The translations under genes and the position numbers were made by a program. Of a DNA stretch of 30,763 nucleotides, positions 1-7,900 are shown piece after piece; the first letter of the stretch is position 1, and each line of letters starts with the position of its first letter. Below the pieces are notes generated by a model, which was not told the origin of the DNA, searched no databases, and saw nothing but the letters and a program-made list of their open reading frames with translations. The stretch comes from a virus (lineage: Duplodnaviria; Caudoviricetes), in the IMG/VR virus record IMGVR_UViG_3300032218_000499, positions 1 through 30,763 of that record; one strand, 5' to 3'.

Positions 1-729
1 GGCGGTGGGTATTCAATTGCTGGCGGCGGTGGTGCAGGAGGATTGTTGGTAACAACCACATCTTTATCTTCTGGTACTGCTTACACAATTACCGTAGGTG
101 CTGGCGGCGCTGGCGCAACTAGCGGTTCTATTGTTGGTAGTTCAGGTACAAATTCTGTAATTCCTGCAATTGCAACTGCTGTAGGTGGTGGTGGCGGCGG
201 CGGCAATGGTGCTGCTGCAACAAGCGGAGGTTCTGGCGGCGGTGGCGATTACATTGCGCCCTATCAAACAGGCGCTGCGGGTACGAGTGGGCAAGGTTTT
301 GCTGGCGGTAATGGACAAAATGCTACTGTTGCATCTGGTGGCGGTGGTGGCGGGGCAAGTGCTGTGGGTGCAGTAGGCACGTCAAGTTCTGGCGGTAATG
401 GCGGTGCAGGTTCATCAAGTTCAATTAGTGGTTCAGCGCTTAACTATGGTGGTGGTGGTGGCGGTGGTGGTTATTCAACTTCTGCGGCTGGTTTGGGCGG
501 CGCTGGGGGTGGCGGTGCAGGCGGTTTAGGTGCTGCTGGATCAAGCGCAACTGCAAACACCGGAGGCGCTGGCGGCGGTGGCGGATATTTATCTAACGGC
601 GGAAATGGCGGCTCAGGCATCGTAATCATCAGCTACTTAGGCTCACAACGTGGCACAGGCGGTACGGTGACTACCTCAGGTGGTTACACAATCCATACCT
701 TCACAAGTAGTTCGACATACAACGCTTAA
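1..729 (+). CDS. Glycine-rich tail fibre / receptor-binding-type virion protein, 5'-truncated
   Basis: The frame is open from base 1 (in frame with the 43..729 ORF). It has poly-Gly GGGGG/GGxG runs and ends GGNGGSGIVIISY...GGTVTTSGGYTIHTFTSS, typical of phage Gly-rich tail proteins. Confidence 0.8.
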   Translation, partial: GGGYSIAGGGGAGGLLVTTTSLSSGTAYTITVGAGGAGATSGSIVGSSGTNSVIPAIATAVGGGGGGGNGAAATSGGSGGGGDYIAPYQTGAAGTSGQGFAGGNGQNATVASGGGGGGASAVGAVGTSSSGGNGGAGSSSSISGSALNYGGGGGGGGYSTSAAGLGGAGGGGAGGLGAAGSSATANTGGAGGGGGYLSNGGNGGSGIVIISYLGSQRGTGGTVTTSGGYTIHTFTSSSTYNA

Positions 730-740
730 TAACTTGTCTT

Positions 741-774
741 GCAGCGGTGCTACTTTTACCAGTAGTGCTGCTGT
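741..774 (+). promoter_or_regulatory. 14-bp RNA hairpin between tail fibre and lysis genes
   Basis: GCAGCGGTGCTACT-TTTACC-AGTAGTGCTGCTGT pairs fully, with 4 G-U pairs that only work on the + strand. There is no clear U-tract. Confidence 0.5.
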
Positions 775-826
775 GTAGTTTGTGGTTAATACCGTGGGCA
801 ATCTACGCAATCTTTAAGGACGTTCG

Positions 827-1081
827 ATGGACTGGCAAATAATCATTAATATCGGTGCAGGTGGACTGCTGACAGTCGGCGGTTGGTTTGCCCGTCAGCT
901 ATGGGATTCTGTCAAAGAGCTCAAGAAAGAGATTGCTGATCTGCGCCTGCACGTAAGCGAATCCTACGTTAAAAAGTCAGAAGTTGACACCCTGCGTAGT
1001 GAGATGGATAAACGCTTCGACCGCCTTGAGCAGATGATTGCTCGACTCTACGACAAGATTGATGCAAAGGCAGATAAATAA
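827..1081 (+). CDS. Small membrane protein (N-terminal TM + coiled coil), holin/lysis-accessory-like
   Basis: TAAGGA SD upstream; hydrophobic N-terminus WQIIINIGAGGLLTVGGWFA followed by a heptad-rich charged helix; first gene of the lysis cluster. Confidence 0.65.
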   Translation: MDWQIIINIGAGGLLTVGGWFARQLWDSVKELKKEIADLRLHVSESYVKKSEVDTLRSEMDKRFDRLEQMIARLYDKIDAKADK

Positions 1082-1497
1082 TGTTCCCAATCATGGATAT
1101 TCTTGGTATTGGCATGAAGGTCTTGGATAAGTTTTTTCCTGACCCTGAGCAGAAAGCCAAGGCACAACTTGAACTCATGCAGATGCAGCAGAATGGCGAG
1201 CTTGCAAAAATGCAGGCTGATATGCAAGAGCAAGGCGAGCTTACCAAACGCCAAGAAAACGACATGCGGTCTGACTCTTGGCTTTCCAAAAACATTCGCC
1301 CCATGACCCTTATAGCGATCCTGACAGGCTACTTTGTGTTTGCCATGCTGTCAGCGTTTGATATTGAGACCAACAGCAAGTATGTTGAGCTGCTTGGTCA
1401 ATGGGGCATGTTGATTATGAGCTTCTACTTCGGTGGCAGAACGCTTGAGAAGATCATCGACATGAAAAGCAAAACACCTGATAAGAGCGACAAATGA
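1081..1497 (+). CDS. Holin, GTA 3TM-holin-like
   Basis: LDKFFPDPEQKAKAQLEL, DSWLSKNIRP and FYFGGRTLEK motifs flank two TM helices; located upstream of the endolysin. Confidence 0.8.
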   Translation: MFPIMDILGIGMKVLDKFFPDPEQKAKAQLELMQMQQNGELAKMQADMQEQGELTKRQENDMRSDSWLSKNIRPMTLIAILTGYFVFAMLSAFDIETNSKYVELLGQWGMLIMSFYFGGRTLEKIIDMKSKTPDKSDK

Positions 1498-1706
1498 CTG
1501 TAGCTGACCGCATAACTATTATTTGCTGTGTATCACTTGCTGTTGTATTGCTTTCAACGGTGGTTGTGGTCTTGATTGGATTGTTCGACCCTTTGGTTGA
1601 TAACGCTGAGATTTTTAAATTGATTAACCCAGCCTTTAACATGATTGTTGGGGCATTTGTTGGCACTATAGCCGGTATAAAAATAGGGAAAGACGATGCA
1701 AAGTAA
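1494..1706 (+). CDS. Two-TM small membrane protein in the lysis cassette
   Basis: ATGA overlap with the upstream gene; two hydrophobic segments and a basic C-terminus. Confidence 0.65.
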   Translation: MTVADRITIICCVSLAVVLLSTVVVVLIGLFDPLVDNAEIFKLINPAFNMIVGAFVGTIAGIKIGKDDAK

Positions 1707-2232
1707 TTGGCGACTAGCGTTTGAACAGATGCTCAAATCGGAAGGCGGTTTCACAGACGACGAGCGTGATAACGGCAACAAGTTGCCAGACGGGCGCAAA
1801 GGCTCGACCATGCTTGGCGTTACTCAGTTTAACTGGGAGCAACACGTTGGGCATCAGGTCACACACGACGATATGCGTAAGCTCACCCCTGCGGATGTTG
1901 AACCCTTGTACAAAAAGAAGTACTGGGATGTTGTGCGGGCGGACGAGCTGCCTTCTGGGATTGACTATTTGGTCTTTGACATGGGCGTGAACGCCGGTCC
2001 GGGGCGTTCTATTAAGCTGCTACAGACTGCTGTAGGTGTACCCGCTGACGGTGGGTTTGGACCGATGACAATGGCTGCTGTGCAGGCTGCTGACCCTGTT
2101 AAGTTAATTGAAGACTTTAGCCAAGCCAAAGAAACTTTTTACCGCAGTCTTGATACCTTCACCACATACGGTACAGGCTGGCTTAATCGTGTTGCAGACG
2201 TTAAACTGAAAGCATCTTCAATGGTGGCGTAA
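1696..2232 (+). CDS. Endolysin, glycoside hydrolase family 108 with peptidoglycan-binding C-terminus
   Basis: SEGGF catalytic motif, TMLGVT, YKKKYWD, FDMGVNAGPGR, ADGGFGPMT and C-terminal GWLNRV. Confidence 0.9.
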   Translation: MQSNWRLAFEQMLKSEGGFTDDERDNGNKLPDGRKGSTMLGVTQFNWEQHVGHQVTHDDMRKLTPADVEPLYKKKYWDVVRADELPSGIDYLVFDMGVNAGPGRSIKLLQTAVGVPADGGFGPMTMAAVQAADPVKLIEDFSQAKETFYRSLDTFTTYGTGWLNRVADVKLKASSMVA

Positions 2233-2795
2233 TGAAAAAAACCTTTACTTTAGCCAGCGCAGTCATTTTGTTCTGGGTATCTGCCTTAGTTTCTACAATC
2301 CAAGCCCAGACTTTAGCTATTTGCACGGGTGAGTACGCCCTATGTGCAGCCTCAAGCACCTCGCTTACTGGCAATCTCATCAAAGTAAACGGCAAGGCAT
2401 TTAAAGAAGGCATGGCTGTCTGCCCTATTCTTAACGGTGCTGCAATTGCCAACATGGACTTGATGAGCGGTTCTTGCGATGCTCCAAAGGGCAAGGTTTG
2501 GTCATTGTTTGGTGTTCCTCCTGTCACTAGCTACCCACAAGCGCCTAGTTGGGCTGTAGCCCCCGCTGCGTTTAGATCATATACTGTGGGTACAACTCCC
2601 GAATCAGGAATGAGTAACATGTGGTCATTCATTTGTGAGCGTCAAGCCAAGCCAGTAAACGGCGCAATGCTTGCTTCTTGCTATGGTCCTGTGATGGAAA
2701 GTCCTTGGACTGGGAACCACGTTGTAGCGGGCGAAACAGCGTTTACACAAGCTCCCACAGGCGCAACATACCCTGTTGGTGGTAATTTACCGTAA
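2232..2795 (+). CDS. Secreted Cys-rich protein of unknown function
   Basis: Sec-type signal peptide MKKTFTLASAVILFWVSALVSTIQA; six Cys in the mature part; TAATG overlap with the endolysin stop. Confidence 0.7.
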   Translation: MKKTFTLASAVILFWVSALVSTIQAQTLAICTGEYALCAASSTSLTGNLIKVNGKAFKEGMAVCPILNGAAIANMDLMSGSCDAPKGKVWSLFGVPPVTSYPQAPSWAVAPAAFRSYTVGTTPESGMSNMWSFICERQAKPVNGAMLASCYGPVMESPWTGNHVVAGETAFTQAPTGATYPVGGNLP

Positions 2796-2804
2796 GGTTT
2801 AGAT

Positions 2805-4673
2805 ATGGCGTTAACGAAACTTGTACTTAAACCCGGCGTTAATCGCGAAAACACTCGCTATACAAGCGAGACGGGTTGGTACGTGTGCGACAAGATTCGT
2901 TTTCGGCAAGGCACACCTGAGTCTATTGGCGGCTGGGTTAGGATTTCGGCATCGACTTTTCAAGGCGTTTGCCGTTCTTTATGGAATTGGATCACACTCG
3001 GTGGTGCAAACCTAATGGCGGTTGGCACAAATCTAAAGTATTACATTGAAAATGGTGGGTTGTACTATGACATTACGCCTATCCGCAAGACTACGACTGG
3101 CACGGCAAAGTTTGCGGCAATAAACGGATCAGCGGTTTTGACCGTTACTGATGCTACACATGGATGTCTTGTGGGCGACTTTGTAACGTACACCCTTGCT
3201 GTGTCTTTGGGCGGTGCAATTACTGCCACGGTGTTAAATAAAGAATATCAAATTGTTTCTGTACCCACAGCTAATACTTACACCATCAACGTCACAACCC
3301 TAGCCAATCCAAGCGATACGGGCAATGGGGGCGGTGCAACAGTAGCAGCGTATCAAATCAATGTGGGTCCTGAGTATCAAATCCCGCTTGTTGGCTGGGG
3401 TGCTGGATTTTGGGGCGCTGGCACATGGGGTGTAGGCGGAAGCTCTGGCGTATCATTGCGCCTTTGGTCAGAAAACAATTTTGGCGAGGATTTAATTTTT
3501 GGTCCACGCGGTGGTGCAATGTATTACTGGGTAGCTTCTACGGGCTTAACAGTTCGTGGTGTAGCGTTAACTTCCAGAGGGGGCGCATCTAATGTGCCAA
3601 CTATTCAAAACTACATTCTTGTCTCGGATGTATCGCGGTTTGTGTTTGCCTTTGGCTGCAACGAACTAGGAAGCGCCATACAAGACCCGCTATTGGTTCG
3701 GTGGTCAGACCAAGAATCAGCAGTGGATTGGACGCCCGCCCCCACAAATCAGGCAGGTAGCCTGCGGTTTTCGCATGGTTCGTCTATTCAAACTGCCCTG
3801 CAAGTGCGCCAAGAGGTTCTGGTCTTTACCGATACGGCGTTGTATTCAATGCAGTATGTGGGTGCGCCGATTGTGTGGGGCGCAACTCTGCTTGGTGACA
3901 ACGTATCGTGTATTGGACCCAATGCAGTGTCCTTGGCGTCTGGCGTCACATATTGGATGGGCGTAGACAAGTTCTACAAGTACGATGGTACGGTGCAAAC
4001 TTTACCCTGCGATTTGCGCCAATATGTGTTTAGTGACATTAACTTACTGCAAGCTGCTCAAACATTTTCAAGCACCAACGAGGCTTTTAATGAAGTCTGG
4101 TGGTTCTACTGTTCTGAAAACTCAATAACTGTAGACAAGTATGTGGTCTACAACTATATCGAAAACGTCTGGTACTACGGCACAATGGCACGCACAGCGT
4201 GGATTGACAGTGGCACACGACCACAGCCGGTCGCTGCAACGTATAGCTACAACCTTGTCAATCATGAAACTGGCGTAGATAACGGCGAAACTGCTACGCT
4301 CACGGCTATCAATTCTTACATTGAATCAGCCGAATGGGACCCACAAGACGGACAGAAATTCTCGTTTATCTACCGCATGTTGCCAGATATTACGTTTAGA
4401 GCTTCTGACACGGGAGATAGCCCGCAAGTTACGATGACTATTACGCCCATGAAAAACTCAGGCTCAGGGTATACAACACCACAGTCTGTAGGGGGTAGTA
4501 GTAACGCAACCGTTGTACGCACCGCCATTGTGCCGATTGAAGAGTTTACGGGGCAAGTATTTATTCGTGTACGCGGCAGGCAGTTTATCTTTAAGGTCGA
4601 GGCTAATCAACTAGGAACAGGTTGGCAATTAGGTAGCCCGCGTGTTGATTTGCGCCCAGATGGGTTGAGATAA
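2805..4673 (+). CDS. Tail nozzle / packaged-DNA stabilisation protein (P22 gp10-like)
   Basis: 622 aa, beta-rich; N-terminal LKPGVNRENT, WSENNFGEDL, VRWSDQE, PTNQAG, FNEVWWFY and C-terminal RVRGRQ...PDGLR; located before the ejection genes. Confidence 0.65.
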   Translation: MALTKLVLKPGVNRENTRYTSETGWYVCDKIRFRQGTPESIGGWVRISASTFQGVCRSLWNWITLGGANLMAVGTNLKYYIENGGLYYDITPIRKTTTGTAKFAAINGSAVLTVTDATHGCLVGDFVTYTLAVSLGGAITATVLNKEYQIVSVPTANTYTINVTTLANPSDTGNGGGATVAAYQINVGPEYQIPLVGWGAGFWGAGTWGVGGSSGVSLRLWSENNFGEDLIFGPRGGAMYYWVASTGLTVRGVALTSRGGASNVPTIQNYILVSDVSRFVFAFGCNELGSAIQDPLLVRWSDQESAVDWTPAPTNQAGSLRFSHGSSIQTALQVRQEVLVFTDTALYSMQYVGAPIVWGATLLGDNVSCIGPNAVSLASGVTYWMGVDKFYKYDGTVQTLPCDLRQYVFSDINLLQAAQTFSSTNEAFNEVWWFYCSENSITVDKYVVYNYIENVWYYGTMARTAWIDSGTRPQPVAATYSYNLVNHETGVDNGETATLTAINSYIESAEWDPQDGQKFSFIYRMLPDITFRASDTGDSPQVTMTITPMKNSGSGYTTPQSVGGSSNATVVRTAIVPIEEFTGQVFIRVRGRQFIFKVEANQLGTGWQLGSPRVDLRPDGLR

Positions 4674-4674
4674 T

Positions 4675-4929
4675 ATGGGACTTCTAGCTAACCGTGCGCC
4701 ACCGAATCCGCCGCTGCCTCCTGCGGAGTACAACAAAGCGTACTTTGACCGCTTGGTCAACATCTTGAACTTGTTCTTTCAACAGATTAACGCCGTGCAA
4801 GCAATTAGTATTGCCCAGCTAAACATCAATATAGACACGTTGCCTACCGATGCCAATTTAGCTAACTTGCGCTCAGGCGATGTGTACAGAGACACCACAG
4901 CGGGTAACGTCTTAAAGGTAAAAGTATGA
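4675..4929 (+). CDS. Small hypothetical virion protein
   Basis: Tightly packed between structural genes with an ATGA overlap downstream; PNPPLPPAEY followed by an amphipathic helix. Confidence 0.6.
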   Translation: MGLLANRAPPNPPLPPAEYNKAYFDRLVNILNLFFQQINAVQAISIAQLNINIDTLPTDANLANLRSGDVYRDTTAGNVLKVKV

Positions 4930-7900
4930 AATACCGTTTAGATTTGCTACCGCTCAGAGCTTTTCAAAAACGTGGTACGCCTATCGGCGGTCGCAGTCTT
5001 CGGCTGTGGGGCTACACAGATGACGGTACTTGGATTGCTACTGGGGATGAAACTTTTGACCCCGCTGCCTTTGCGCCATCTGAACCTACTCCCCAATCCG
5101 CGCCTGCTAACGACGTTGCAGCCGCTTTTAATGACCCCGGTTACTCTGGCGCACCTCTTACGCCTGCTCCTGCAAATCAATGGCAACAGACAGTAAACGA
5201 CATCTACCAGCAAGAGTTTGGTCGCCAAGCCGATGCTAGCGGTATGGATACGTTTACCAATTTGCTTACCCAAGGCTGGACAGGTGAACAAGTTAGAGAT
5301 GCGCTTAGAACTAGCGGTGAAGGTCAGTCTTATGGGTTATCTCCTGCCGCAAATCCAAATGTAGCCAATGCTGGGGATATTTATAACCTTTATGTGAACA
5401 ACCTTGGTCGTGAGCCAGATGCAGGCGGTCTTGCAAATTGGGTTGGGCAAGATTATCAAACTGTTGTGCAAGGCATTGTAAATTCTAATGAGTTTCAAAA
5501 TTTACATAAAAATTCCGTTTGGTCGCAACCGGGTTACTTAGATCAACCAATTTCGCCAATATCTAGCAATATTACATCTGGCTGGGAATGGCAACCACCA
5601 TCATTTTTAGATAATGGTATTTCGCAACCATATTGGCAAAACGTTAACACTGGCGAGCGGCGTGAGCTTGAATCTCCCATTAATATTCAAGCGGTTAGAG
5701 ATGATGGCGGTAATATTAGTTACATCAACGCTGATACTGGCGAAAAAATAGACCCTAAGAAATTTGATAAAAATATCACTGGGTACGACAAGCAAATTGA
5801 AGCTTTGTTTAAAGCTGATCTTGGTCGTGCGCCAGATGTTAGTGAGATTGTGGCTTACAACAAGATGCTGCAAAGTGGCGACGTTAGTTTTGATGACGTT
5901 ATCAAAGGCGTTGCAACGTCACAAGAATCCATACAAAAGAACATGCCGTTCCTTGACCCAAATGCTGATGTGAACACTAAGTTTGAGCAAGGTGTGCGCG
6001 GGTTCGATGCAAAAGGATTGACCCGTGGCGGCGCACTTGAAGGCTTGCCAACTCAATACTTTGATCCAAAGACCAATAAATTAGTAGCTTGGTTTGGCAC
6101 AACTGGAAGCACTAATACCGATGACTATACTTGGCACACTGTTAACGAATTAAAAGCAGACCCTAATGCTGCTGTTTATGTTGGGCGTGAGTCTCAACGT
6201 GATGTAGGCGCTGAATGGCGCAGTTTAGCTAAGGGCGCGGGAATGGTAATTGCCTCTGTAGTTGCGCCTGAACTTATAGCGGAATTGGGACCCGCAATGG
6301 CAGCGGCAGAAGTATCCGCAGCGGCAGCAGAAGCAGGGTTGTCTGCCGAACAATTTGCAGCATTAGCCGCAGAGTATGGCGGCACGTCTGGAGTTGGTGC
6401 TGGAGTTGGTGCGGGAGTTGGCACTTTATCTGATATAGGTGCTGCCGATCTAATGGGAGGCACGCTGTCTGAAACCGGCGCTGCCTCAACTATGGGTGGC
6501 ACTGTTGCAGACTCCGGACTTAATTGGAGCGCCATAGGAACAGAGGCGGCTAAACAAGGTGGCTTAAATGCGGGAATCACAGCGCTTAAAGGCGGCAGTC
6601 CTTCTGATATTCTTAAAGCCGGACTTATTGGCGGCATAAGCGGTGGTGCGGGCAGCGCAATCGGTGGGTTAGGCTTAGGCAGTTTAGAAACAACGCTTGC
6701 CAAGGGCGGATTACAAGCTGCTATTACAGCCGCCACTGGAGGAAATGTAGGCAATTCGCTGATTTCTAGCGCAATTGGTGCTGTATTGCCCGTAGCATTA
6801 GATAAGATTATTCCTGAAGGCACGTTTGATAGCCTACCTTCAATTGTTAAAAACACAATTTCAAACGCAACCGCTAATGCTGTAACCGCCGCTGCAACGG
6901 GTGGGAATATATCGGATGCAGCACTTAACGGCATTATTAGAACAGCAAGCGGCGCTGCAATGGATTACGCAACAGATGCCGCTGGTTTTAAAGGATTAAC
7001 GCTTGAACAATCTGTGGATAAAATTGGGCGCTATTTTGACAGGTCTGGCGCAAACGATAACCCAGAGCAACAATGGGTTCCTGCTAAACCCACGGCAATT
7101 GCAGAAACCGCGCAACCCACTCAAACACAAGTTGCAGAAACTACGCAACCTACCCAAATTGCAAGTGCTACCCCTGTTGATACAACAGACCCCGATGCCA
7201 TATTTAATCGTTTAGTAGCCTTGCAAAGCGAAACCTCGCCGACACAAATACCCGGCAGCGCAACTGCGGCAGCAACAACAAGTGATGTGAATCCACAGGT
7301 TGTCAAGTCAGATCAATCTGTTCTTGATTATCTCGATCAATATTTACCCCAAACACAGGGTACTTATGATGCATTTGGTAATTACTATGCACCCTCAGTG
7401 CCGGATGCAAATGGGTATGTGCCAACCACGCAAGGTGTACCACAAAGCGTAATTGACCAAGCTATTCAAAATCAACGCCAAAGCCTTGCCTCCACGCTTG
7501 GGCAAGCTGCGGTTTCTGTTTTTGACAATACGGCTGGCGCAATTGCCCCGTACATCACACAAATGGCAACTTACTTTGGGTTGCGAAGCGTTGATGAAGT
7601 AAATAATCTTGTGGCAAAAGTCATGGGTTCCGAGTACCAAACCCAGCCAGACAAGATGCTGGACATGTCAAGAAAAGCGGCAGACTTGTTTTCTCAGCCA
7701 CTTGGAAGAATGCTAGGTGTAACCACAACTTCTGGTTATGAAAACGAACCGCTGGGCGCAACACTGCACTGGATAGCCGAACACGCGGAAGATGTGGCAA
7801 AAAATGTTTCCAGCGCTACTGGCGGCGTTGTGCCTAAAGGCGATGTTTTATTTATGCTTAACCTTCTTGCGCCAGAGGTTGTTCGCGGCGCAATTAAAAG

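Noticed and set aside
1-729. Diversity-generating retroelement target in the tail fibre
   Set aside because: No reverse transcriptase and no TR/VR repeat pair were seen in the window.
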